A stretch of 64,000 nucleotides of DNA from Macrostomum hystrix (GCA_950097015.1 CATNEN010000003.1:6014001-6078000); one strand, 5' to 3'; counted from the first letter of the stretch, positions 46,241 to 58,174 are shown. Numbers and translations are program-made. The notes: generated by a model not told the origin, from the letters alone.

Positions 46241-46892
46241 CAGCTCTCGCCTGCCTGCCAAGCACCAGCTCTCGCCTGCCTGCCAAGCACCAGCTCTCGC
46301 CTGCCGGCCTCGCACCAGCTCTCGCCTGCCTGCCAAGCACCAGCTCTCGCCTGCCAGCCACGCATAGGCTCTCGCCTGCATGCCAAGCACCAGCTCTCGC
46401 CTGAATGCCAAGCATAGGCTCTCGCCTGCATGCCAAGCACCAGCTCTCGCCTGAATGCCAAGCATCGGCTCTCGCCTGCCTGCCAAGCACCAGCTCTCGC
46501 CTGCCTGCCAAGCACCAGCTCTCGCCTGCCGGCCTCGCATGCACCAGCTCTCGCCTGCCAGCCACGCATCGGCTCTCGCCTGCCGGCCTCGCTCCAGCTC
46601 TTGCTGACTGCCACGCATCGGCTCTCGCCTGCCGGCCTCGCACCAGCTCTCGCCTGCCTGCCACGCATAGGCTCTCGCCTACCGGCCTCGCACCAGCTCT
46701 CGCCTGCCTGCCACGCATAGGCTCTCGCCTGCCGGCCTCGCTCCAGCTCTTGCTGACTGCCACGCATCGGCTCTCGCCTGCCGGCCTCGCACCAGCTCTC
46801 GCCTGCCTGCCACGCATAGGCTCTCGCCTGCCGGCCTCGCACCAGCTCTCGCTGACTGCCACGCCTCGGCTCTCGCCTACCGGCCTCGCACC
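46241..46892. repeat. GC-rich 25/26-bp minisatellite CCAGCTCTCGCCTGCCTGCCAAGCA
   Basis: Tandem variants; CpG-rich; lies between convergent genes. Confidence 0.93.
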
Positions 46893-47304
46893 ATAACCAC
46901 GCTCTGCTACCAAAATTGTCAGGCAGTGACAAGAAACGAATATGCTGTTGCTGTGGTAAGGTAGAAAGTTTCTCTTTTGGGACAAAGGCCCACGCTTGCT
47001 TTATTGATAACACGAGTTATAGAGTATACAGTGGAAGCTTGGATCAAACGTGGTTCAAACGTAGCGAACGAGAATTGGAGCAGACTAATGTAAATGAATG
47101 TATGAATGAATGAATGTAAATTAACGTATGCCTATAGTGATATGATTGCGTACTTTGTAATAGCATATGGAGGATTCGGGAATCCGATAACTCTGACATG
47201 GTACAGGGAGACAGGACTGTTGACAATTTTTTTATAAACAGGAATTTAGATTCTACAGTCCATGCAGGATTTAAATGATACCTGATGAACTATATATAAG
47301 AAAG

Positions 47305-47530
47305 TGGGGGGGCTGTACGAATAGTAGATAGAGCGTCGGACTCACGACTTGAAGGTGGGGAGGTTCGATTCCCGACTCCACTGGAATAATGTGTGTCCTG
47401 TTAAATGGGTACCAGCATTAGCTGAGGTAACTGAGGGAGGGTCGGGCGTCTGACCCCCCTAGAGTCCATGGACTGAACAGCTGTACGCAGCGTTCAGAAG
47501 CAGCGGCTGCGAATACTGACACTTCTCCAC
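47305..47530 (+). mobile_element. tRNA-derived SINE (second family); related fragment at about 59690-59870
   Basis: tRNA-like head with GGTTCGATTCCC, followed by body motif TAAATGGGTACCAGC. AACAGCTGTACGCAGC recurs near 59798, downstream of another B box (GAGTTCGAATC). Confidence 0.6.
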
Positions 47531-48416
47531 CAAACAAACGGTGAATATATTCGTAAATAAATAAGGAGTCTTGCTTAGATTAACGGCCCCCCGTGAGCGC
47601 AGGTAGAAGTGTAGGAACTTATTTGACAAATTTTGTTCGATTAAAATAACCAAAGCTCGCGCATACGTATTAAATATACACATCAATTGGATTACATATT
47701 TTCTCTCTATCGGAAGATAATATTGCTCAACAACAAACTATCTAAGAGTTACGAATGAAAAATTCTTACTTTAATTAAAAAACGTGTCATTACTTGGTTT
47801 GTTATTTCAAAAGAAAAAAATTATTGAAGTTAAAACCCTACTAGTCAATTTTTGCATCAATTACTTGCAGTAGTATTGTGTGGTGCAACGGCGAATGGAT
47901 GTTTAAGTGAATCAATTTTAGAAAACAGGAAAAAAGGAATTACATTAATACCATCGAGTAATACTGGCAAAATGTAAAACAAATACAAAAAAATTAAATG
48001 GCTTTCTATAAATTTGAAATTCAATCGTATTTTTAGATGAAAAAACACGTCCACCATGCGCCTATAATGTTGTTCTTACATGTTGGACGACATTAGCATT
48101 TTTTCGTAAGTAATTGAAGCATCGAAAAATATAGTATAGAACATATTTATGAGTTTATAAGCCAAATTAATTTTGCAGAAAGTTAGATTTTGTGATAGAT
48201 TATCTGTGAACCGACTGTTATCAGTTTTTTTGCGGGTAGAATAATACTCCAACAAGCTGCTAACTAAAATGTGACGCGTGTTATTCTTGTCTCGTTACTG
48301 CTTTTCGTCAAAATTTATTTTAGGCGTTTAGATAATTTCGTGTCCCGAAACGTGACACGATCAGTTAAGCGATGGACTCATCCCTCGGTTCAATGTTCAA
48401 CTGAAGTTCAACTATA

Positions 48417-49202
48417 CTAGCGGACTTGCTTTAGATGCACATCCAGATATTCGTCGCTCTGGTATTCTTCCGCGTCTCTGTGATGTTGTGCAATGTTATT
48501 ATCGGCCAAAGAGTCGCAGGAGGCGGCGTTTTCGTTCTCAAACGGTCCAGACAGGATCAGGCGATCCCGCAGTTGCAGCTGATCGTAAGCCAAGTCGTCT
48601 GCTGGCTTATCGGCTGTTGCAGTAGTTGGTACAGTTTGCTGCAGATTCGGCAGCGCAGCTCGGACGAGACTACCGCTAGCTTTAGACTGACCGAGGGCTG
48701 TGTTGGGACGTTGCGAGCGGGCCTGCTGAGTGTGGCATTCCAGCGCTGCCTGCGCGACGGGAATCGGCCGGCTGGACGCAATGGTTCCCGCGCCAGCTTG
48801 TTGGGCAAGGTAAAATGCTGGTCGACGATCCATTTCCAAGACGGCGTTAGCCAGATCCATGTGTCGTCGCTCCTCATCGATGCTGCTCTCCCAGCTGAGG
48901 GCGCCACCCTGGCGGTACATGGCGGCTGTGGCGGCAGCCGCTGAGATGCTCTGTCTCTGGAAGCTGTTGTGCACCCATCCGGGCTCGTCGATTTCCGAAT
49001 TTCTCGAACTCTGCCGACGCAACTTCGCACAGATGTACATTAGCCCCAGAAAGAAGATAAGCAATAGAAGGGTTAGGAGCGAAGCAAATCCTGCAACAGC
49101 CAGATTGTTGAAGTTGACTCTGTAGTTGTAGATAGTCATGTTGGTCCGGCTAACCAGAGTTTGATCCGGCGGACTTACAGCAGAATCATTGTTGAAGTCC
49201 AT
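48417..49202 (-). CDS. Orphan single-pass membrane protein (261 aa) with cytoplasmic Tyr motifs
   Basis: Non-repetitive GC-rich ORF in AT-rich flanks. One hydrophobic helix LAVAGFASLLTLLLLIFFLGLMYIC followed by AKLRR; sequons NDS and NMT at the N-terminus. An acceptor-like AG lies 3 nt before the ATG, so upstream exons are possible. Confidence 0.8.
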   Translation of the reverse strand: MDFNNDSAVSPPDQTLVSRTNMTIYNYRVNFNNLAVAGFASLLTLLLLIFFLGLMYICAKLRRQSSRNSEIDEPGWVHNSFQRQSISAAAATAAMYRQGGALSWESSIDEERRHMDLANAVLEMDRRPAFYLAQQAGAGTIASSRPIPVAQAALECHTQQARSQRPNTALGQSKASGSLVRAALPNLQQTVPTTATADKPADDLAYDQLQLRDRLILSGPFENENAASCDSLADNNIAQHHRDAEEYQSDEYLDVHLKQVR

Positions 49203-50011
49203 AATCTATTAGTTCTTTTAGAAAGGAAACAAGAAGGTTTTCCTTTTTTGTTTGATGCGCTTTTATCGAATTGAATTGAATCTGGCTGTTAGCGCTCTAG
49301 CTAGTATACACTTGCAGTGGTTGCAGCTAGGTTAAATACTATAGTTCGTATAAACACATGCTATGCATAGCTGGTTTTTATAGTTGGTAACAAGGAAAGC
49401 CATCAAATTATGTACGTGCAGCTGAATCAAAAGAAAATTCGATACGCATACATTAATTGCCAACTTAAACCGGAAGAAATAATAAGAATTGATATATATG
49501 AAATGTGAAAGATCTATAGACGGCGCGAAGCTACATTAGTATAACTTTCTAACTACGGCAAAACCAAGTTTAACAGGGCTTCGTATATACGAGCTATATT
49601 TCGTTGTTTACCGTGGGGTCCATGCCAATATTCTTGGTTAGTATAAATTGACATCAGGTGCAGCAAATGCTGATTCTAGTCGACAGAATTTGTTTCGTTT
49701 ACTCTCGCGATCTTTGGTTTCTCATCGTCGCTTTTTGAACCGACTGTCCCTAAACATTCCGATGTACACTGCAAGGATGCCTGGCTCACACAGCTGAATT
49801 GCATGATTTGTACACTACTGTACACATTTTAAAAGCCACAGAACTTGTATATCTGCTATGCGATGCAAAGCTGCAGTCCGTATACAAAAATTAAAAAAGA
49901 CATGAAATACAAGAACTTGTACACATAAACTAGTCATGGCAGTTAAATATAATGATGAACCACAGCTTTTGCATAGAACCACATCTTAAATTATGTTGTG
50001 CATGCATCGTG

Positions 50012-50110
50012 CAGTAGTGTAGCCAGGATTTTTTCGAAGGGGGGCGCCTCTGCAGGGGGCGCCACTACCAGAGGGGTGCCACACTACCAGGGGGGAGGGC
50101 GCCACACCCA
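50012..50110. mobile_element. Possible lone MITE end
   Basis: CAGTAGTGTAGCCAGGATTTTTT..GGGGGG followed by short GGGGGCGCC repeats; no partner TIR found. Confidence 0.3.
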
Positions 50111-51694
50111 AGCCCAACTGTGTACGATTTATTGGCAAATCAAATAACTTCATCGATGTAGGCAATGCAACAATTTTTCAAATTCTCGGGAACGTATTTT
50201 TACGTCCCTTTGCAACCAGCAGTGGAGGTCCCCGAATTCTGGACTCAGGAAATTGCAGATGAAACATATCGCGCAATGATAAGTTCGTTTTTATGATCAT
50301 GAGTAAAAGTTACATGCATGTTATGCAAATCTGCTTTACGAATTCTTTTTCTAAGAATTAGCTAATTTGCTACGTTTTTAAATAACGTTACATAACGACT
50401 AGCAAATTAAATATACTCGTATTTTGGCTTAAATTTAACTTATCGATTTCCATGAAACTATAAGAAGCGGAATTTACTGTTTCACTAGATCGTGGATCGT
50501 GATAGGGTTTTCAAAATAGCAATAAAAATGTCCTCTCTTTACTTATTTTTTAATTTTGCTTAAATTTACTTTAGATAATTTTGTAAAAGTATCTTATTCA
50601 TGTATTGGTTAACTTAGAAATCAGCGGTATTATTTTAAGAGCCTAAGACGTACTTGCTGTTGCTGTTGCTAGCTAGTATCTAGGAACTTTTTCTCGCTGG
50701 AGCTAAGACAGGTGAGATTTACTCCGCGGTGTGAGTGTGTGCCTGTGTACAGTGTACTTATACAACAGACTTATAAATTATTTTGGATGTGGATGCAATC
50801 TGAACTGCACCTAGATTTATTAATTTATGTATTTCTGATCTGCTGTAATAACTTTTATTGTATCTGCTGTAATAACTTTTATTGTATCTGCTGTATTAAC
50901 TTTTATTTATCAAAAACATTTTGGAAAGTTTGTTACAAGTGTTTTCTTTGACAATATTCATATACAAGTTGCAAGATTATAAGGTCGTTTTGTTTCTTGA
51001 ATTTGAATTTTGATACCTTACTTTTTGCACCATTTTTATTTTATTTTGGCCTATCCTAAATAGGCAAATATTATACCAGGATACTGATTATGAATGATAC
51101 AAACATCTTATGCAAACTATGTCAAGAACATTTTTAATCTGAATATTTGCCATAAATTTCCTGGATGAACAATGTGATCTAGATTTTGGGTAGAGCCTTT
51201 TGATAGGCCTATTACTAAAATGAACTAGAAATGATAAAGTTACTAAAGAAAATTTTTAAATCACTAGCCAACAAATATTTCTAGAAACAGTTGCAAAGCT
51301 GTGTTTTTATTAACATTTCTTATTCATTTATGTACTCATAAGTTGATATAATTATGTACTCATCCAGAACTAAAGTGAAGTCAAATTTTATATTCTCATG
51401 TTTATTGTAACAAGCAATAGAAAATAGTTCTACAAATTATGTTGCTGTCTCTTCGCTATTTTAAATGGATACTCTAGTAAAAAACATCCTAAGACAAACA
51501 GATAGACATTCTAGATCTAAATACATCTAAGCTAAGTATAGGCCTACCTAGCTCTGTATTTGGTTAGAAATGTTTTAGCAAAACCTAATATGAGGTTATT
51601 GTATGTTAATCAATTAGCTGTGTATAAGAGCAAGTATAATAATAATAATCTACACATCGTTTTAACTCAGTTAGTATACTTGCTCTTAAGAAGG

Positions 51695-52040
51695 GTCAGT
51701 GGCAAAGTGGTTGACATGTTTGCCTCTCCCACTAAGGTCCCTAATTTTGATTCCATAGTGATGCCACATTTATTTGGGGTGTAGCCATGGAGAGAAGGCT
51801 TTGAGGCATTTATGCTTTTATGCCCTTGAAGGCCAACCTCTAAGGCATAGTGAAGTGTACCATGCCTAAAGAAGAGAAAGTCAGGGCAGTTGTATACACC
51901 TGTGTGAGTGTGTGCCTATATACAGTATCTGTATGCATGTGTGCTCAGGAGTCAGCAAAATGGGCAGAATTGCCTCCTTGCTGGCTATGGGTCTAGTGTC
52001 ACTAAAACATTACCTATAGCCCTCCTACAATTAATGCGTG
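51695..52040 (+). mobile_element. tRNA-headed SINE, CpG-eroded copy B of the same family
   Basis: A box TGGCAAAGTGG and decayed B box TTTGATTCC. Shares gtgtgctcaggagtcagc.aaatgggcagaattgcctcct.gctggct with the reverse complement of 2455-2520. Confidence 0.8.
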
Positions 52041-52188
52041 TAAAATAAAGTAACCTATTTGATGAGCTAATAATTAGCTAGAATTATTTTATTATAAGAT
52101 GAAGTAGATAATTAGTATCTATGTAACAGGGCTTATGACTCTACTTTTCTCTCTCTCTAATTCTTGTATTCTCCATTATACCTTATCT

Positions 52189-52213
52189 TGGTGACCCTTA
52201 AAAGGGCCGTTTT
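52189..52213 (-). other. Histone-mRNA-type 3' stem-loop not attached to a histone gene
   Basis: Minus strand reads AAAAC-GGCCCT-TTTA-AGGGTC-ACCA: 6-bp stem, 4-nt loop, one C>T change from the GGYYYUUYUHARRRCC consensus. Confidence 0.6.
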
Positions 52214-52238
52214 AACTCCACAACTCTTATGTTGTGGG

Positions 52239-52519
52239 CATACATGCGCAACACCTGGCCGACCCGGCCGAACCGGCCGGGTGAAACGAGGGCCAAGCAA
52301 GGTAAGTCTCAAAAACCAATTGACCAAGCGCAAAAAAATCAAAGGGGGGACCAAGGGACAAAAAAGGAAGGCGTGAAGAAAAGGAAAAAGGGGAGAGAAA
52401 AAGAGAGCAAATGAGAGCAAAGTAAGTCCTAAATAGAGCAATGAAATGAACTAAGTTGCAAATGAGAGCAAAAACTAAGTCGCACGGCCGGCTAAGATTT
52501 GGGAGGTTGCGCATGTATG
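52239..52519. mobile_element. hAT-type MITE (281 bp)
   Basis: 14-bp TIRs CATACATGCGCAAC / GTTGCGCATGTATG, flanked by a perfect 8-bp TSD GTTGTGGG (52231-52238 and 52520-52527). Confidence 0.9.
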
Positions 52520-53377
52520 GTTGTGGGCTTCCCTTAAGGTAGCGCTTTTGCACTGGCACGAGTGGTTTATCCTTCTAAGGCACTGGTCTCTTATTCCCCA
52601 GTCTTAGCTGTGCGTTTCTCCAGGATTAGAGGGCCACAGCCTCAATCTCTGTCTTATTTCACTCTGGACACTATTTCCTTAGTATATTGAATAACACAAC
52701 AATTTCCTTTTCAAAGATGTTACTCAGATATAGCCTTTCTTTGGCTCACTGGCAAGGTGTATTTTTAACAGTAAACTTTTCTTTTTTTGTATATTGTTAT
52801 TAAAATTTTGTTTTAATAAAAAATTTCCCTAAAATATATAAAATATTTAGAATATATTATGGCATATAGATTTTTAAGTGCAAACATAAAAATATTTGAA
52901 AAATACTGTTTATCACAAAAATATTGAACTATTACATCTACACATTTAAAAAAACTTTCAGAAAGCAATGTTTCAAATGTAATCATTTAAATTGGTCAGT
53001 TGTTTTTTGTGGACTTTTATTTATGAAGTGAAGACTCTTTGGATTCTCATGTGGAATGGCCTACTAGCTAGCTGTGTAATTTTTTTATTTCTTTTCAAAG
53101 AAGCAATATTTTTTTAAACCAAAACAGAAATATATATATAGAAATAGTATTTTTAAATATTTTGCCTTTAATTGTTGTATTTATTTTTATAGCTTTTTGA
53201 TAAGTGTGTTTAACACAAATGTCCATATGTTCATGTGTCTTTTCGTAAGTTGAAAAATTAATGAAACATTTAAACTTTAGACTAAACACTATGAGACTTA
53301 AGAAATGAGGAAAATTTAAGATAATGTTTTTTAATTGTTCCAGTGAAGTTCAGTGTTATTTTACTCTTAAACAAAAT

Positions 53378-53554
53378 ATGTACAGCTCCGGTAATCTTCA
53401 TCCACACTCGAGCTCATCAATGTGGTCCAGTTCTACCAGAGCCACTGTAGCATTGTGCTCATTGGCAAATTTTATCAATTCAGCTGATCGGGTCATCATG
53501 CCGATCACTATTATTTCTATGGCACAGCAGTTCGGTTGGTCTATGCACGATCAG
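53378..53554 (+). CDS. SLC17-family (ACS/MFS) anion transporter, first coding exon
   Basis: MYSSG...VALCSLANFINSADRVIMPITIISMAQQFGWSMHDQ|gtgagt, the TM1 Arg motif of SLC17/PHT4-like carriers. A probable 5' UTR exon ends at 50711 (acag|gtgaga). Confidence 0.88.
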
Positions 53555-54066
53555 GTGAGTCGGTATTGGAAATTTTAATTTTTTATTAACAATTAACTTA
53601 ATGTTTCGCTGTGTCTTAATCACTTTTCTTACCACCTATGAGCTTTGGTATATTCAAGGATTCTGACTTGCTACAATGCGCTATTTTGATGAACTAAAAA
53701 AAGTAGCTTAATAAAGTCCGTGTTGACATGGCGGGACTGTTTTCAAACGCAGAAAAATAATTGGTTGTTGAGTGTCAAGCTGCGACAAACATGCTTATCT
53801 GAGACCATTTTCAATTTTGTCCTTTTTAAGCCTTATCTCTTAACAACTCCTAATTTTAGTTGTCAGCTGATCTTATACAGTGTTTCTCTTTGATAATTCT
53901 TGTAAATTAAGTTGTCTTCGCTATTCTTTTTTCTAATTAAATTAGTTTTTAAAAAGATTAGTTTCGTGACAAGTATTGTCTTTGCGTATTTTTTCCGGTT
54001 TTATTAACGTAGATTTTTGCAAGTTAAAACAAATCTTCCGTTTTTTTCAATCGCGTATTCTTTTAG

Positions 54067-54582
54067 GGCACCATTCTATCGGCATTTTCCGTTGGCTACA
54101 TCGCGTCAACTTTGGTTGCCGGCTCAGCCGCTAGGCGCTACGGCGGAAAATTGGTGCTAACAATGGCAGTAGCTCTTTGGTCTGTTTCCACTTTATTGAC
54201 GCCTAGTTGCGCAAGCTCATTCTCGGCTTTGGTTATGTGTCGCCTAGCGTTGGGTCTGGGCGAAGGTCTAGGCTTGCCGGCAATTTTTCATCTGTTGGCT
54301 TTGAGAGTGCCGCCGGAGCAGAGATCGACAGCGTTTGGCTATTTAGTTGCCATGGGGTCGGCTGGTCAGACCTTATCAACTTTAGTCTGTCCTCATTTGG
54401 AGTGGAGCGCGCCATTTTATCTATTTGGCTTCTCCGGCATCGCCTGGGTCATTGTCTGGTTGGCTAGCTTTCGCGACGATCGCCGCAGCGGCGTCTGCTC
54501 TTCAACAGGTTCGGCTGCGACGGATGAAGAAAGTGGCGTTGGCGCCGGTAGCTCTTCGGGCATCATCTCTGGCGATCCTTTG
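54067..54582 (+). CDS. SLC17-family transporter exon 2
   Basis: ttttag|GGCACC...CCTTTG|gtgagt. Motifs ILSAFSVGY, ARRYGGK, RLALGLGEGLGLP, W.APFYLFG. Confidence 0.93.
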
Positions 54583-54589
54583 GTGAGTG

Positions 54590-55460
54590 TGAATGATGAT
54601 CTGATTCTTGTACGGAATGATGCTCTGATTCTTGTACGGATTGATGCTCTGATTCTTGTACGGAATGATGCTCTGATTCTTGTACGAAATGATGCTCTGA
54701 TTCTTGTACGGATTGATGCTCTGATTCTTGTACGGATTGATGCTCAGATTCTTGTACGGAATGATGCTCTGATTCTTGTACGGAATGATGCTCTGATTCT
54801 TGTACGGAATGATGATCTGATTCTTGTACGGAATGATGCTCTGATTCCTGTACGGATTGATGCTCTGATTCTTGTACGGAATGATGCTCTGATTCTTGTA
54901 CGGAATGATGCTCTGATTCTTGTACGGAATGATGATCTGATTCTTGTACGGATTGATGCTCCGATTCTTGTACGGAATGATGCTCTGATTCTTGTACGGA
55001 ATGATGCTCTGATTCTTGTACGGAATGATGATCTGATTCTTGTACGGAATGATGCTCTGATTCCTGTACGGATTGATGCTCTGATTCTTGTACGGAATGA
55101 TGCTCTGATTCTTGTACGGAATGATGCTCTGATTCTTGTACGGAATGATGATCTGATTCTTGTACGGATTGATGCTCCGATTCTTGTACGGAATGATGCT
55201 CTGATTCTTGTACGGAATGATGCTCTGATTCTTGTACGGAATGATGATCTGATTCTTGTACGGAATGATGCTCTGATTCTTGTACGGAATGATGCTCTGT
55301 TTCTTGTACGGAATGATGCTCTGATTCTTGTACGGAATGATGCTCTGATTCTTGTACGGAATGATGCTCTGATTCTTGTACGGAATGATGCTCTGATTCT
55401 TGTACGGAATGATGCTCTGATTCTTGTACGGAATGATGCTCTGATTCTTCTGCGGAATGG
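54590..55460. repeat. 24-bp minisatellite GATGCTCTGATTCTTGTACGGAAT (SLC17 intron)
   Basis: Starts within about 10 nt of the donor at 54583. Confidence 0.96.
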
Positions 55461-55857
55461 TTCTCTGATTCATGAAAAAATAATGCTCTGATTTTGATTT
55501 AGGAATGATGTCTTGTTTATATGTGATGTTATGCAATAGCTAAAACAAGTGTGTTTCCATATTTAAAGTCACAATAACAATTTCAGTATCGCTTGTTGTG
55601 TTGTGTAAGTTTTATTACCGAGTCTAATATTTATTGGTGATTTCATTATTGCAAAATAGTCGTAAATTTGGAGTTCTGCATTTTGCTGAGAAAATTGCTA
55701 TTTAGAAATAGAATTATTTTTCTTTTTAATATTTGACCATCATGAGTTACTTCTCTCTTATCGTAAACCCCTTATCGTCCATGGTTTTTTGGAATAAAAA
55801 AGAAAAGGTGATACGTCTGGCTTTCACTTTGGTCCGTTTTATTTGGTTAGTTCCCAT

Positions 55858-56430
55858 TCTTATCTCATCTACTTCTCACCCCATCTCATCTCCTTCTCAC
55901 CCCATCTAATCTACTTCTCACCTATCTCATCTACTTCTCACCTATCTCATCTACTTCTCACTCCTTCTCATCGACTTCTTACCCCATCTCATCTACTTCT
56001 CACTCCTTCTCATCGACTTCTTACCCCATCTCATCTACTTCTCACTCCTTCTCATCGACTTCTCACCCCATCTCATCTACTTCTCACCCCATCTCATCTC
56101 CTTCTCACCCCATCTAATCGACTTCTCACCTATCTCATCTACTTCTCACTCCATCTCATCTACTTCTCACTCCATCTCAACTACTTCTTACTCCATCTCA
56201 TCTACTTCTCACCCCTTCTCATCTACTTCTTACTCCATCTCATCTACTTCTCACCCCTTCTCATCTATTTCTTACTCCATCTCATATACTTCTCACCTAT
56301 CTCATCGACTTCTCACCTTTCTCATCTACTTCTCACTCCATCTCATCTACCTCTTACTCCTTCTTATCTACTTCTCACCCCATCTCATCTACTTCTCACC
56401 TATCTCATCTACTTCTCACCCCATCCCATC
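55858..56430. repeat. About 21-bp pyrimidine-rich array CATCTACTTCTCACCCCATCT
   Basis: Degenerate tandem copies. Confidence 0.9.
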
Positions 56431-56620
56431 TGATCCACTTTACTATAACTCACGTGTCTCTATCAGTTTTAGGTATAATTTTATATTGTATTTATTTTTA
56501 TTTTTTTTGTTTTATCTACTTTAACTTTAAAATATAAACAGTGTCTTTACCGCGTCAGTGCCCGATCCGACAATAATTAATGTCTAATAATAGTTTCCTT
56601 GTATATATTTTTATTTTCAG

Positions 56621-56822
56621 TCAGGTTCTACTGTTCGTTGGTTTGAGTACATAAATCACTGGCCATTGTGGGCAATCTACATTGCTCATTTCTCGATGAA
56701 CTGGTCCAACTACATCATTATGAACTGGCTGCCAACTTACATGTCCAGAACTTTAGGCGCTGACAAGAATGAGATTATGTTTACAGCCGCGCCTTATATT
56801 CTCAACTCGATTGTTGGCATTG
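56621..56822 (+). CDS. SLC17-family transporter exon 3
   Basis: ttttcag|TCAGGT...ATTG|gtgagt. Translates VRWFEYINHWPLWAIYIAHFSMNWSNYIIMNWLPTYM. Absent from the ORF track. Confidence 0.93.
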
Positions 56823-57849
56823 GTGAGTTAATTTCTCACTGATTTTTGGTTATATTAGATTAAAACAATCGAAGAGTATTACACGTCAAAACTTCTAAAC
56901 TATACATTTTTACACAGTTTTTGGCTTTTTTGTAAATCGATTAAGATTTTTCCGGTTTTTAGTTGTAAATGAGTCATTAATGTTCCAAGTATTTAAATGA
57001 AGTCCATGATTTGTCATTTTTTCAAATCAAACTTCAAGTTTTGAAGAATTATTTCTATCTTTTGTTCATTTTTTTCTATAAACTCATAATTGCAGATTTA
57101 GAAAAATTCCGGATTAAAAAAACTCACTTTAAGTAAAATTTCCTTTTTTTAACAAAACTCGCAGATTTAACTAAAAACCTAGTTTTTAAAAATTAAACTT
57201 ACTGATATTTTATTCATTTCCCGGGTTTAAGAAACGAAAATTACATTTTGCGTAAATTCTCAGGTTTTCAAATAAAAGTCGTAGGTTTACGACTACGTAA
57301 ATTTCCGTTTTTTTTAAAAAGTCGCCGCAGATTTGACAAAAAATTCCGGGTTTTCAAAACAAACTCGCTTTTCGTAAAATTTCCGGGTTTTTCTTAACCA
57401 AACGCGACGATTTCACAAAAAAACGCGCGTTTTTTTATTAAACTCACGGGTTTTGCTCTTCATTTTCCGGGTTTTAGAAACGAAGCTCAGATTTTACGTA
57501 AATTTTCTTGTTTTCAAATTAAGGTCGTATACGACTTTACATAAATTTCCGTCTTTTCAAAATAAAAGTTGCAGATTTGACGTAATTTTTCTAGGTTTTC
57601 GAATCTAACGCGCAGATTTTACGTTTTTTTAATTAGAGCAACTATAGTTTTGTTTATTTGTGTCTTTATTAAGTTTATGTCTTACATTACTGCTTATTAA
57701 CCTACATTTCAGAATTTATTATTTTTATTTCTATAAAAAAAGTTTTTTTATGACGTTTTTATTAATGACATTGGATTCTGAAGCAGCTTTTATAGTCCCC
57801 ACTTACCTAATACTTAGTACTAGTTCAATTGTATTCCCACCCTCCACAG

Positions 57850-57994
57850 CTACCGGCTATTTCTCCGATGCTCTAATTAGAAAGCGTTGGTCAATACTTT
57901 CCGTTCGACGTTTGATGACTTTTATCGGCCTGATGGGTCCTGGACTGCTTATATTGGCATTCTCCGGTACTAACAGTCTACTCACCGCTGTGCT
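57850..57994 (+). CDS. SLC17-family transporter exon 4
   Basis: ccacag|CTACC...GTGCT|gtaagt. Translates ATGYFSDALIRKRWSILSVRRLMTFIGL. Confidence 0.92.
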
Positions 57995-58174
57995 GTAAGT
58001 CTGTCCGACCTGTTACTGCTAATTCTTGTTTTTTTGTAAGCTTAGATGTTGATTTTCGCAGTAGCGTCATCTTCTGGTGCCACTGCGCCAAAACTACTTA
58101 TTATTTTTCTTCTTTCATTTTCTTTAGATCAATACCTAGTATTCCACTCTCATTTACTATTCTCATTTCTTCTT

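Noticed and set aside
47305-47382. tRNA gene
   Set aside because: B box is good but the D arm is degenerate, there is no oligo-T terminator and it continues into a SINE-like body.
48435-49125. Alternative-frame and antisense ORFs over the real exons (also 34425-35015, 35873-36151, 42342-42698)
   Set aside because: Shadow ORFs of GC-rich coding sequence.
54112-55491. 459-aa ORF as a single protein
   Set aside because: A strong donor (TTG|gtgagt at 54583) and in-phase downstream SLC17 exons show the repeat part is intron.
57090-57625. Degenerate repeats with CGCAGATTT and TTCCGGG words
   Set aside because: Old decayed tandem or TE-derived sequence with no definable unit or termini.
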